Source: a virus (lineage: Duplodnaviria > Caudoviricetes). Taken from it: a stretch of 64,000 nucleotides of DNA. A model generated the notes under the pieces. The model was not told where the DNA came from and ran no database searches. It saw only the letters and a program-made list of their open reading frames with translations. Position 1 is the first letter of the stretch, and the number at the start of each line of letters is the position of its first letter. Shown in pieces: positions 36,673-46,670 of this stretch. The DNA is taken from the IMG/VR virus record IMGVR_UViG_3300046710_000146, positions 32,001 through 96,000 of that record. One strand, given 5' to 3'. The translations under genes and the position numbers were made by a program.

Positions 36673-38994
36673 ATGCGCACTATGACCCGACTTTCCGAAT
36701 CCATTGTTCACATCGAGGATCTTCCAATCGATGAGTTCATCCGCACCCTGCAGAACATGAACACCATGGTCGCACAGGAAAAGTTGGATGGAGCAAATCT
36801 CTGGGTTGGCATTGACGAAGATGGGAAGCTCTTTACCTCTCGTGAAGGCAAGCGTGGTAACGCTGAGCGCCGATACTCTGAAGAAGAGTGGCCAAAGGTT
36901 TCAGCATTTAATCAATTCCGCGCGGCGCAAGCTGCCCTGCAGTCGAAAGAGCAGGAGATTAAGCGCATAATGCGCCCAGGCGACATGGTTGAGGCCGAGG
37001 TGCTGTTCGGGCGGCAGCCTAATAGTGTCACATACGGTGCTGGCGGAAAGAGCTATATCGCCTTCCTGCGCGCCGTGAATGATACGCCTGATACCATCGC
37101 TGACCAGCTCAGCTCGTCGCTGGCGAATCAACAGGCTGATGCGAAGCTAAAGCTCGTTGACACCTCTGATGGTACAGACCTATCGATGCGTGAAACTGAC
37201 GTGTCGTTTCAGTTCATTGCGGCACAACGAATGGACGCCGCAAAGCTCAAGAATGAGTCAGGGGTTGACCCATTGCTCAAGAAACTTCAGACATTCCTGA
37301 AGCAGGATTCAGCCGTCGCTGGATATACAAATCAAATGTTGGCGACGCTTTCATTGAACACCGTCCCAAAGGAAGAGCGCGAAGCTATAAAGCAGGCACG
37401 CATTGAACTTCTTGCGCAGCTCCAAACTGAATACAAACTGCCAATTAAGAACGCGCTGTTGTCAAAGGCGGGCACAAAGTCTGGGTTGGCGGCTGATGAC
37501 ATAACTCCTGACGAGGATGTTGGTATCGAAGGCATTGTGCTTCGGGATCCAAGTACTGGGAAGCAGGTGAAGGTTGTTGATAAGGACATCTTCACCGCGA
37601 TCAATCGCTTCAATCAGTCAATGCGTGGTGAGGTTCAATCAGCGCTGAACAGCACTGACCCGGACGCGCCGCTCGAGAGCCGTGGTGGCTTGCTCGGCGC
37701 GTTGCGCATTGAGATTGCGGCGGCACTTGGTAATCGTGAACTTGCAAAGCCATCAAATGTTCGAAAGCTGCTTGAGCCGCTCAAAGGCGGCTCGCCAGAA
37801 GAGGCGATCAAGAACTTCGCAAAGTCATTGAACATTGATGATTTCGTTGGCGTTAAAAAGAAGATCCTTGCGCTGGCTGCAAACACCGCAAAGAAGCTGA
37901 ATGAGAAGCTCGAGTTCTTCAAGGAGAACAAAGAAAATTACCGTCTAAAGCTCAAGAATGGCAAGGAGATTGGGTTATCAGATGAAACAATCAAGAAGAC
38001 ACTGCTGTCGTTCGCTGAAGCCCGTCGTAATCTAGTTGAGCTGTTCGACAAGTTGAAGCTTGCGAAGACGCCAGCATCGATGCTGGCGGTGCTGTATGGT
38101 AACTCAGCACGTGCTGTGCATCAGACTGAAGGGCTGACTGAAGAGATGCTGCTCGAGAAGCGCCGAGATAGAACTGGCGAGATCAGCACAAGCGATTTCG
38201 AGCGCAAGGATACCTTCCAGCTTGTGAATTCATATATGTCAACGGTCATGATGGCTATGATCATCTACCACGCTGATGATACGATTGGGATGCGATACCT
38301 TCGGGACCGCAAGAACTACTTGATGCGATCGCACAATGACGATATGAGCCCATTGAATCATTGGGGGTTTGTAATTTGGCGGACTGGTAAGCCAGACCTG
38401 AAGAAACATGTGATGAAATCAGCGATCTCGGAGCTCACACGGGTCACGAAGAAGATCCCAACCCCTTGGTGGAAGTACCTGCATATGGACTTTTCATATG
38501 ACAAGAAGGTCAAGGTTGATTGGGGAGACCATAAGCGAACCCTGAACCGCCTTTTGGAACTGTCCGGGCTACGCACTGAACGTCTAAATACTCTACTTGA
38601 TCTGTCTGTCCGATTCGACGAATTGGAGCTGAAAGAGCAGAAACACGCGGTAAAGATGCTGCAGGCATTTGCCTATCGCTTTGTTCCGCGCTCCAGACTG
38701 CTTTCACGGATCAGGGTCATTGCGAACGGCTTGAAAGATGCGAAGGAACCAATTGTGACAGAAGGACTTCTACGGAAAATTGCAGCGCTCTCTGAAGAGG
38801 GTGAGGCTGCCGTCGATGGAACCGAGGTGAACACCACGGTGAACGGCGCGTCAAGCGGTACCGCGGCAGGGGCGATTAGCTCGCTCCCAACCAAAATTTT
38901 TGGCGGCGCGCGTAAAACCGTGATGATGAAACGAAACAAGAATCCACAGTTCGCGCGTGAGCTGTTGAAGTTCAAAGACACACGGAAACCCTAA
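36673..38994 (+). CDS. late multidomain head-interior protein with N-terminal ligase-type nucleotidyltransferase domain
   Basis: QEKLDGAN (motif I), EAEV (III), EGIVL (IV), VKVV (V); xxE sites LSE, LTE, LLE, VTE; TAAATA at 36663. Confidence 0.7.
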   Translation: MRTMTRLSESIVHIEDLPIDEFIRTLQNMNTMVAQEKLDGANLWVGIDEDGKLFTSREGKRGNAERRYSEEEWPKVSAFNQFRAAQAALQSKEQEIKRIMRPGDMVEAEVLFGRQPNSVTYGAGGKSYIAFLRAVNDTPDTIADQLSSSLANQQADAKLKLVDTSDGTDLSMRETDVSFQFIAAQRMDAAKLKNESGVDPLLKKLQTFLKQDSAVAGYTNQMLATLSLNTVPKEEREAIKQARIELLAQLQTEYKLPIKNALLSKAGTKSGLAADDITPDEDVGIEGIVLRDPSTGKQVKVVDKDIFTAINRFNQSMRGEVQSALNSTDPDAPLESRGGLLGALRIEIAAALGNRELAKPSNVRKLLEPLKGGSPEEAIKNFAKSLNIDDFVGVKKKILALAANTAKKLNEKLEFFKENKENYRLKLKNGKEIGLSDETIKKTLLSFAEARRNLVELFDKLKLAKTPASMLAVLYGNSARAVHQTEGLTEEMLLEKRRDRTGEISTSDFERKDTFQLVNSYMSTVMMAMIIYHADDTIGMRYLRDRKNYLMRSHNDDMSPLNHWGFVIWRTGKPDLKKHVMKSAISELTRVTKKIPTPWWKYLHMDFSYDKKVKVDWGDHKRTLNRLLELSGLRTERLNTLLDLSVRFDELELKEQKHAVKMLQAFAYRFVPRSRLLSRIRVIANGLKDAKEPIVTEGLLRKIAALSEEGEAAVDGTEVNTTVNGASSGTAAGAISSLPTKIFGGARKTVMMKRNKNPQFARELLKFKDTRKP

Positions 38995-38995
38995 T

Positions 38996-41293
38996 ATGTC
39001 ACTCCTTAAAGAACTCTCCAAAGGCTCAATGCAAACTGACCTGAAAACCAGTGATGGTTCTTCAGCAGGCACGACTGACGTCTCAAAAGCAACTGATGAC
39101 GTTGGATTCTCACTCATGCGGAACATGATCAATAAAGACGGTCAGGTGACCGGCTCTAATGTGAATGATTATCTCGAGCGTGCGCAGGATCTGAACGATG
39201 AAGTTGAAAGCGTGGGCTTCGCCGTTGAGACTGATGATGGCGACATCATCAAGATCTACGTGAACGCCACTGAGGCCGACAAGTTTGAAGAAGCACTCTC
39301 AAAGCTACTTGGCCTTGAGGGTGACACAGAAGAAGCAATCAATCAGCTTGCACAAGAGTTCGACATTGTCGATGTAGTATGGCCACGAGACCCTGAGGGT
39401 GACGATGAAGCTGAAGCTGACCCAGACGCCGATCTATCGATTGACGATATGGAGCTGGATACAGAAGAAGAAGGTGATGACACCGCAACCGCTGATATGC
39501 CGGTTGAACCAGATGCCGAGATTGATGCGGCTGCGGCGGCCGATGTAGAAGCCCCAGCAGAAGATGAAATTCCTGCTGATGAAGCCCCACTTGATGACGA
39601 GGGCTTTGAAGACATTCCACCAAAGCCTGAAGGTGAAGAAGAGCCTGAAGGCGAAGCTGAAGGTGAAGAAGAGCCTGAAGAGCCTGAAGAAGAGCCTGAA
39701 GAAGAGATGGAACCTGTTCTTAATGACGATGGCACTCAGAAGCTTGACAAAGACGGTAATCCAGTCATGCGCAAGAAGGCTGAGAAGAAACCTGAAGTTA
39801 CTGAAGAAGGTCTCAAAGGTCTTCGAAAGCTGGCTGAAGCAGCTCGCGATGAAATGGGCAAACACATTAAGGCGGTTATCGACAAAGGTAACACCGGTAA
39901 GTGGATGATCATGAAGCGCGTTTCAGGTGGTATCGCTGGGCTAAAGACGGCGCCATTGAAGCAGGACGGCGAGGTCATTCACTTTGATAATGAAGAGCAA
40001 GCCCGTGCCGAGGCTGAGAAGCTTACCAAAAAAATGAATGGGGCTGGTGCAACCGCCTCGTACACATACATTCCAAAGCTTGTTGAAGACAAGCAACCAC
40101 AAGCAAAGGACAACTCAATGACAATCGGATCAAAATTTCTGGACCGCCTCTTCGAAGCAGAAGACAAAGATGCCGTCAAAGACGGTATGAACATTCCACT
40201 GGATGCTCAACAGAAGGCACTCGTGTCCCAGTTGAAGCGGCCACTGGAGAAGAAGATCGTTGCGTTCTTCGCAATGTGCGGTATTATTGGCCGTCTCCTG
40301 AATCAGGAAGCTGATGTAGTTGACAGTATCCGTACCGCCGGTGATGTGCTGCGTAAGAACGCCACGGCGCGGAATACCTTCAATACGTTTTATTCCTCGC
40401 TCGCAACCGCGAAGGGGTTTGCAATCAAGCCTGAGGTGAACGAAGCCATTGGTAAGCTGACTCCAGTCAAAGGAGTAAAAGCTGATAACGATGAGGAATC
40501 ACTTCCTAAGGAGAACACTGAGAAGTCAAAGAAGCTCCGCGGCTCCATGATGCAGAAGAAGCTCGAAGCGGTTATGATCGCACTGGGTCTACCACGTGCG
40601 TTGGTCACGACTGATGGCCCTGGTCAATTGGCGCCATATCTACACAAGACCGCAATGACTATCGACAGCGATTCAAATCTCGAGCACCAGCTCCGGATGT
40701 TAGCAACCCGCCTTGGTGTGAAGCTTAATGAGGCTGTTGCGGTGACGGTGAATGACCCGTTCGCTAAGGACGTACTTGCACTGCTCCGGGCAATAGGTGT
40801 TCCTGAGGAACACCTGTCTTACAAGCCAAATGATCTGCGCGCTGCGCTGATTGGCTTTGGTAAGTCACTGACGAACCGCGCGCTGGTAGACAACCGCATC
40901 GAACAGCTGCTCGACGTGATTTCAAAGGGCAAACGTGTCGAAAAAAAAGTAGTTCAGCAGGAATCTCTGACTGAGGCCTTTGGCGAGCTTGAGGCGCTCG
41001 TTGACAGTGATATGACTGAACACGACGTGCTCGAGCCAAATGGCGGACCGGCAATGAAGGCGTTCTATGACGGTGCTGGCACTCATTCTGAGACCGTGCT
41101 GTTGTTAGGCGTTGACCCAGAGCGTGATGGAAACAAGAATCTGAAGGTCAGCGTTGATGGGCCATGGGACGGCACAATTCATGCACGGTATTTTCCAAAT
41201 GACAAGGATGGGTACAAGGCCGCGCTGCAGTACGCGAATCAGCTTCGCTCAGCAAATCTAAAATCTGGTGGCCGTCCAAAGGGGTGGAAATGA
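38996..41293 (+). CDS. large acidic head-interior/scaffold-like protein
   Basis: MSLLKEL start; long D/E/P tract; VTE, LVE, LFE, VNE, LNE, LTE sites. Confidence 0.7.
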   Translation: MSLLKELSKGSMQTDLKTSDGSSAGTTDVSKATDDVGFSLMRNMINKDGQVTGSNVNDYLERAQDLNDEVESVGFAVETDDGDIIKIYVNATEADKFEEALSKLLGLEGDTEEAINQLAQEFDIVDVVWPRDPEGDDEAEADPDADLSIDDMELDTEEEGDDTATADMPVEPDAEIDAAAAADVEAPAEDEIPADEAPLDDEGFEDIPPKPEGEEEPEGEAEGEEEPEEPEEEPEEEMEPVLNDDGTQKLDKDGNPVMRKKAEKKPEVTEEGLKGLRKLAEAARDEMGKHIKAVIDKGNTGKWMIMKRVSGGIAGLKTAPLKQDGEVIHFDNEEQARAEAEKLTKKMNGAGATASYTYIPKLVEDKQPQAKDNSMTIGSKFLDRLFEAEDKDAVKDGMNIPLDAQQKALVSQLKRPLEKKIVAFFAMCGIIGRLLNQEADVVDSIRTAGDVLRKNATARNTFNTFYSSLATAKGFAIKPEVNEAIGKLTPVKGVKADNDEESLPKENTEKSKKLRGSMMQKKLEAVMIALGLPRALVTTDGPGQLAPYLHKTAMTIDSDSNLEHQLRMLATRLGVKLNEAVAVTVNDPFAKDVLALLRAIGVPEEHLSYKPNDLRAALIGFGKSLTNRALVDNRIEQLLDVISKGKRVEKKVVQQESLTEAFGELEALVDSDMTEHDVLEPNGGPAMKAFYDGAGTHSETVLLLGVDPERDGNKNLKVSVDGPWDGTIHARYFPNDKDGYKAALQYANQLRSANLKSGGRPKGWK

Positions 41294-41568
41294 AAATAGC
41301 TGAACTTATGCAAGAGGCTAAGGCCTTCGTGAAACTTCCTAACACCAAAGCTGGTGTTATCCAGATGTTCAAGGACAAAGGACAGGTGAAGCCTGCGCTC
41401 GCTGCTGAGCTTGACATTGAGAACTGCAAGATCACCCCCAATCGAACTGAAGAGGGGAAGTGGCATGTCTACAATCCAACGACCAAGAAGCGCGTTGACG
41501 TTTGGCTCGGCGGTTATGAAGATCAGAACGGTCGCGTTCGACCATTTAATGACTTTGAAGAGCTGTGA
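41290..41568 (+). CDS. probable small internal head protein
   Basis: MKIAELMQE propeptide-like start. Confidence 0.6.
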   Translation: MKIAELMQEAKAFVKLPNTKAGVIQMFKDKGQVKPALAAELDIENCKITPNRTEEGKWHVYNPTTKKRVDVWLGGYEDQNGRVRPFNDFEEL

Positions 41569-42125
41569 GCACCTTAGGAACACCAAAGAAAGTTGACGGC
41601 TGGAATGTGGCTGAACTTGCTGGTGGGCTGTTGCTAAGTGCTGAGGGCTTCATTTTACAGTTGTCAACTGATCAGGTTGATCGATTCCTCGAGATCCTAA
41701 ACTCTGGTAAGGACGGCACCGTGCATGACAGCCATGGTGACCCAGTCCAAGTCAGCACCCCGAAAAGAGAGTACGTGATCCTTACACGGGTAGGTGATGA
41801 GACCTATCCGCATGGTATTATCCTACCTGTAGACGCATTCTCTGAGCTTGAAAGCGACGAAACACCGGTGATTGAAGGAGTTCGCGCGGCGTTCCGTCGC
41901 GTTGGCACTAAGATCAAGCGCGGCTTTCGTGTGACTTCAGGACGGCGTAAAGGCCGTGTTGTTGCGAATCCAGGAACGGCAAATAAACCGCCAGTATCAG
42001 GTTCCACACGTGCAAAGCTTCGTGCTGCCTCCCATCGGAAGCGGCTGGTTCGTGCCCTTAAAGCTAAGATGACACGCCGTAAATCCGCGTCGATCCGTCT
42101 TCGCCGCATGAACCGTACAGACTAA
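41565..42125 (+). CDS. prohead core-like protein with Arg/Lys-rich C-terminus
   Basis: VIE site followed by a highly basic domain (TSGRRKGRVVA). Confidence 0.6.
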   Translation: MSTLGTPKKVDGWNVAELAGGLLLSAEGFILQLSTDQVDRFLEILNSGKDGTVHDSHGDPVQVSTPKREYVILTRVGDETYPHGIILPVDAFSELESDETPVIEGVRAAFRRVGTKIKRGFRVTSGRRKGRVVANPGTANKPPVSGSTRAKLRAASHRKRLVRALKAKMTRRKSASIRLRRMNRTD

Positions 42126-42805
42126 TGAACAAATTTCCATACGCCGACTATCAAGCTGAGATGGTGAAGGGCATGCGGTGGTATCATACCCCGCACGGCG
42201 CGTTCCCATCAATCACCACAATTCTGGGGGTCAGTGAACCAGCTGAGAAGACAGCTTCACTTGAGAGCTGGCGTATGTCGCTTGGCCACGAGAAGGCCGC
42301 ATCCGTTACGCAGAAGGCATGTGATCATGGCACAATGGTTCATCTATTGATTGAACGACATCTCGCAGGTGAAGACCCATTCGCGCTTGTAAATGGGCAG
42401 AAGATCCCCGACCCAGATAAGTCAGCGTTCAATGCGTTGAAGTTGAAGCTGAAGTTGATCAACGAGGTTTGGGGGCAAGAACAGGCGGTGTACTCACCAT
42501 CCCTTGAAGTTGCTGGTCGATTAGACTGTGTGGGCGAATATAAGCAGGTCCCATCGATCATCGACTTTAAGACCTCCATGAACAAGGTCAAGAGCAAAGA
42601 TGACATCAAGGACTATGAGCTGCAGCTTGCATTTTATGCGCAGGCGCACAATGAGTTGTACAACACAGACATCAAACAAGGTGTGATCTTGATGGTGGCG
42701 CAGACTGGTTTTCCACTGGAGTTCACCATTGATCTTGAACCAAAATTAGATGAGCTCAAAGCCAGGATCAAGATCTTCTGGGCTAAAGTTCTTGCTACAG
42801 TTTGA
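42125..42805 (+). CDS. PD-(D/E)xK exonuclease (T4-like phage family)
   Basis: PSITTIL, GT.VH, E, GRLDC, IIDFKTS, QL..YA. Confidence 0.88.
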   Translation: MNKFPYADYQAEMVKGMRWYHTPHGAFPSITTILGVSEPAEKTASLESWRMSLGHEKAASVTQKACDHGTMVHLLIERHLAGEDPFALVNGQKIPDPDKSAFNALKLKLKLINEVWGQEQAVYSPSLEVAGRLDCVGEYKQVPSIIDFKTSMNKVKSKDDIKDYELQLAFYAQAHNELYNTDIKQGVILMVAQTGFPLEFTIDLEPKLDELKARIKIFWAKVLATV

Positions 42806-42850
42806 GCCCGAACTGATCTAAATAAACCGAATGAATTGCTCGGAGCCAAA

Positions 42851-43471
42851 ATGTCAGATCTCAAAGAATTTTCCATGAACATGCCAATGATCGGCATCGG
42901 CGGCTCGGTGCCGTCGTATGATGTCACTGCAGCGGTCGAGATGCCAGCTGAGGTCTGTGCTGATAAGGTCGACCACATCTATGTTGCTGTTGACTCAGCA
43001 ACTGTTTCAAATTACTCGGCAACTGACCCAATGGTCTGTGTTGACCTTGTTCTTACCGTTGGGATCACAAATCCAATCGGTGGTGAGAGCATGAACTACA
43101 AGATGGTGAAGCGCCTGAAGCTCGACAAGGCAAAGCTCGCCTATGAAGCTGAATCGCTGACACCGATCGCGGTCGCTGAAGAAGAGGACCCACTTGAGGT
43201 TGCTCGCATAATGGAAGCGTTCTATGCAGCAACTCGGGCCCGCGAGATCGCAGGCCTAACTGAATCTGCTGGCACCAAGGCGTTCAAGGTCATGATTAGC
43301 TTTGATGACGAGAAGGCGAGCAAGGAGCATCCAGATGCTAAGCATCGCGCGTCAGCGGTAGTTGAAATCAAGGCAGTTCGCGACGCAGCGCATGCACGGC
43401 ATGTGTTCGACGTGAAGTACGCCAGCAAGTACCCAGGTGTGAAGATCACACGCGTCACGGAGGTCGCATAA
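42851..43471 (+). CDS. late virion protein
   Basis: TAAATA at 42818; GGAG SD; R.RE.AGLTE motif. Confidence 0.65.
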   Translation: MSDLKEFSMNMPMIGIGGSVPSYDVTAAVEMPAEVCADKVDHIYVAVDSATVSNYSATDPMVCVDLVLTVGITNPIGGESMNYKMVKRLKLDKAKLAYEAESLTPIAVAEEEDPLEVARIMEAFYAATRAREIAGLTESAGTKAFKVMISFDDEKASKEHPDAKHRASAVVEIKAVRDAAHARHVFDVKYASKYPGVKITRVTEVA

Positions 43472-44436
43472 TGCATCCAATCGTAATGATCGCTGGTGAT
43501 AAAGATCCAGCAATTGGCAAGGCCGTTGAGGATCTCGAGGCTGCTGGCTTTGAGGTTCGTGTTCTGAACTCCGCGAAGGCGAAGCTCATTGACTTTCTTG
43601 GTGCCATTGCTGGCGCTGATGAAGAGCCTGATGAAGAGGGTTCTCCTGAGGATGAGGTTGCTGATGAACCAAAGCCCAAGAAGGAACCTGCTTCAGAACC
43701 CGCTTCAGAACCCACCGATGAACTGCCACCTGAAGAATCTGCTGACGAAGAAGAGTCGGATGAATCTGATCCGCTTGATCCAAGGAACTTAATTAAGAAA
43801 GAAGCTCGCATCTCAGGTGAACTAGTGCAGGTTGTTCTCGTTGATGGGGTCAACATCACGTTGCACCCATCGTCAATCACCGCTGGGGCAAAGACCTTCT
43901 ATGCGCTGAATGAAAGCCAGTTCTCATTCTGGCCTGGTGCCGTGAGCAATGAGCCAATTACTGGTGGCGTTGAGCTCTCACTAAATGGTGAAGAGATCAC
44001 TCATCTCACAAAGGTGATCTTCAGCGAAGAGGCTATGAATCCGCCAGTCCTCAAGATTGGGCGTACTTGGCTCAAAGAGGCCAAGTACCCGCAGAATTCC
44101 TGGGCGCTGCTTCCAGCATCAAAGATCCTGTACAACAAGGCGAAGGTCGGCGTTGAGGACATCCGTAAAGAGATGGGTAGCAAAGGCGTAATCTTGGTCT
44201 GCACCCGCGATGGGAGGGGGCTTTTCCTCCTGACCAGCTATGGTCACATTGCAAAACCCGGTACCGACAAGATGGGGCACAATGACCAGACATTCCGAAA
44301 TCTCGGCGCGTTCCATGTGGTTGGTACCATTGAGCTCGGCAAAACTGCTGCTGACGACAAAGTTGAACATGAGAATAATGATCTGAAGAAATTCGATCCA
44401 GCCACCCTCAAGGGTCCAGTTTACGTTTTCAAATAA
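43471..44436 (+). CDS. late acidic virion protein
   Basis: Acidic linker; LNE and LKE sites. Confidence 0.65.
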   Translation: MHPIVMIAGDKDPAIGKAVEDLEAAGFEVRVLNSAKAKLIDFLGAIAGADEEPDEEGSPEDEVADEPKPKKEPASEPASEPTDELPPEESADEEESDESDPLDPRNLIKKEARISGELVQVVLVDGVNITLHPSSITAGAKTFYALNESQFSFWPGAVSNEPITGGVELSLNGEEITHLTKVIFSEEAMNPPVLKIGRTWLKEAKYPQNSWALLPASKILYNKAKVGVEDIRKEMGSKGVILVCTRDGRGLFLLTSYGHIAKPGTDKMGHNDQTFRNLGAFHVVGTIELGKTAADDKVEHENNDLKKFDPATLKGPVYVFK

Positions 44437-44443
44437 GATTCAA

Positions 44444-44638
44444 ATGCTCGTAACATATACCCCCTTAGCCTCGCTCTCAACAGGCGAGCGACAACAGCTC
44501 TTGAACGTCCTGCCAAACATGGTCCTTGAAGGCCGTGCATATGTGGACATTGGCGGCAAGTACATTTCCTGCGCGGAACTTCGCGGCGTTAAAGAATCGA
44601 TGGCGCAATCAGCACAACGGCAACGGCTATTCGAATGA
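44444..44638 (+). CDS. hypothetical protein
   Basis: ATGA coupling to the next gene. Confidence 0.5.
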   Translation: MLVTYTPLASLSTGERQQLLNVLPNMVLEGRAYVDIGGKYISCAELRGVKESMAQSAQRQRLFE

Positions 44639-45270
44639 TTCATTCTCCTTTTCACGTTATCGAGGACTTCGTCTCTCCGCTTCGCTGTGAGCAACTTGCT
44701 CGCCAGCTCGGGCTATCTGAACCTGATCAAACCCCAGAAGGAAAGCCGCTAAAGCACGAGCGAATAGTGCCAAGTGATCTGATCGGCGACATAGCGTCTG
44801 ACTTCAGCGCGATTGGTCCGATCCTCGAACATCGGTATAAGGCGCAGCTCAGTGGTGAGCCAGGGTTCGTGTTCCAACAATTCCCCGAGAACCCAAAGAC
44901 ACCAGCTGAACAGCACACCGCTGAGGGGTGGCGATATCTGCGGAAGAAGTGGACCAAGGTCAAGGACATTGATTTGGTTGGGTTTTTATGGCTCAAGGAC
45001 TATCACACCTCAGTTCCACTGGATCCTCGTCATGAGGTGTACGGCGGGAAGCTCGAATTCCCAGGGTACAACTTCAGCTTGACCCCAGTTCGTGGAACAC
45101 TTGTTGTGTTCCCAGCCACACCACATTTCATCCATGCAATCTCTCATGTGATGCTCGGTTCGCTTGAGCAAATTAAGATCACCGCTCGTTTACGGAATGA
45201 CGGGCTTCCCTGGATCTATGACCCAACGGCTTTTCCGGGCGCGTTCCAAGAGTGGTTCACTGAAGAGTGA
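44635..45270 (+). CDS. 2OG-Fe(II) oxygenase-fold protein (P4H-like, divergent)
   Basis: VIEDF.S..RCE, Y.GGKLEF, P.RGTLVVFP, HAISHV. Confidence 0.7.
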   Translation: MIHSPFHVIEDFVSPLRCEQLARQLGLSEPDQTPEGKPLKHERIVPSDLIGDIASDFSAIGPILEHRYKAQLSGEPGFVFQQFPENPKTPAEQHTAEGWRYLRKKWTKVKDIDLVGFLWLKDYHTSVPLDPRHEVYGGKLEFPGYNFSLTPVRGTLVVFPATPHFIHAISHVMLGSLEQIKITARLRNDGLPWIYDPTAFPGAFQEWFTEE

Positions 45271-45503
45271 CCGTTACACCGTTACAGATTCAGCCGGGGG
45301 TTGGTACGACCTCGCAAAAGCGAGCTCAATGGATCTCACCGGCTCGGTTCCAGAGCTGATGGCACTCGTAAACGCTTCTCACTGATGTTAACTGCTGTAC
45401 AGCAAGCCCAGACTGATCGCCTTGCCTTCAGCTGGCTCAGCACCGGTATGGTTTGTGAACATTGGTCCGCCGCGTACGCGGCCCTTGGATTTTGGGGACG
45501 GAA

Positions 45504-45773
45504 ATGAAACTCGTGATCTGCTACAGCGTCGGCGACTGCTGCACGTACTCATGTGATGTCGTGCGTCCAGTTGAATATGAGTCCGCTGAGGCGGCGATTG
45601 TTGAGTTTGAACGCCTGGCAGTTGAAGCCCGTGCGGCATCGGGTTATGTTTTCTGGTTTGCTGGTCACGAGTTCGACACCTCAGATTTCTTTTGGAAGAA
45701 CACAACGCCTGATCGGTTGTATCTGCCTGAAATCCTAACAATCGACGAGTGGTTCGCTCAACCTAATCAATAG
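45504..45773 (+). CDS. hypothetical protein
   Basis: GDCCTY....P.EYES.E motif; GGGGA SD. Confidence 0.6.
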   Translation: MKLVICYSVGDCCTYSCDVVRPVEYESAEAAIVEFERLAVEARAASGYVFWFAGHEFDTSDFFWKNTTPDRLYLPEILTIDEWFAQPNQ

Positions 45774-46670
45774 TCAACTGTACCGCTGCCAGCTCCCAAT
45801 GCTGGCGGTGTCACCTACCCACTCAAAGACCTGATTGAGCACCCCCATCGAGCCATCATCCTTCTCGGAGTAGTTCAGATGGATCATGACCCGGTCGGGG
45901 CCGGTGTTCAACCCAACAGGCGTGCTTGGTAGCCCATCACCGCCGCCCATATTCGTCGGTGCAAGCGCGCTGAGAATATCATCGTCTACGCCCGTATCCT
46001 GTGCATCTTCACCACCGCTCGTTGGGGCGATCAGGGCGCTGCCCCGCGCCGGCATGTACACGAACCCGGTGGTGTCAGCATTCAGGGCGGCCCGGAGGGC
46101 ACCGGGGTCCCAGCCTATAGTACTTTGCATCGTGATCTGATCGGTGACGACGTGGGACACCAGGGGGTACCGACGGGTGCGTGGCCGTAGATAGACGACT
46201 GCTCCTGTCGGCCAGCCTCCAATTCCGGTGACTTTGAATGAGATGTTGCCTGCGCTGAACAACCCGTCATGCACCTGGCCAAGATCAACTGCTGGGGGCG
46301 TTGGACCGGCCGCTATCTGCCACCTAATGCCTGTTAATTCCGCCCGCCACTCGGTGCCATTGAACTTGATCCTCAGTTCTTGGTTCCAATCGATGGTGAG
46401 CTTTAGAAGTGCCAACGTTGGCACTTCCATCCCCGTTGCAAAGATCTGCTCGTCGGGTTTAAGACGCGTGTGATGGACGACACAGGTCCCCTCAGCTCCG
46501 TCTTCAACAACGGCGATCTTGATTAGATTTGCCTGTTCACCCCGCTCAATCGATCTAAAGAATGTGCCCGCGACGTAAAGTCGCGATCTGGTCGCCGACC
46601 TAGACGTGAGCTTCACTGGCCCAACTGGATTGGGAACATACGAGCCTGATTTGGGTTGATTCAATGACAT
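45774..46670 (-). CDS. hypothetical (probably structural) protein
   Basis: Coupled to the PAAR gene in the late operon. Confidence 0.65.
   Translation of the reverse strand: MSLNQPKSGSYVPNPVGPVKLTSRSATRSRLYVAGTFFRSIERGEQANLIKIAVVEDGAEGTCVVHHTRLKPDEQIFATGMEVPTLALLKLTIDWNQELRIKFNGTEWRAELTGIRWQIAAGPTPPAVDLGQVHDGLFSAGNISFKVTGIGGWPTGAVVYLRPRTRRYPLVSHVVTDQITMQSTIGWDPGALRAALNADTTGFVYMPARGSALIAPTSGGEDAQDTGVDDDILSALAPTNMGGGDGLPSTPVGLNTGPDRVMIHLNYSEKDDGSMGVLNQVFEWVGDTASIGSWQRYS

Noticed and set aside
42125-42805. Cas4 / CRISPR association
   Set aside because: It lacks the four-Cys Fe-S cluster pattern and there are no cas genes or array; it is an ordinary phage PD-(D/E)xK exonuclease
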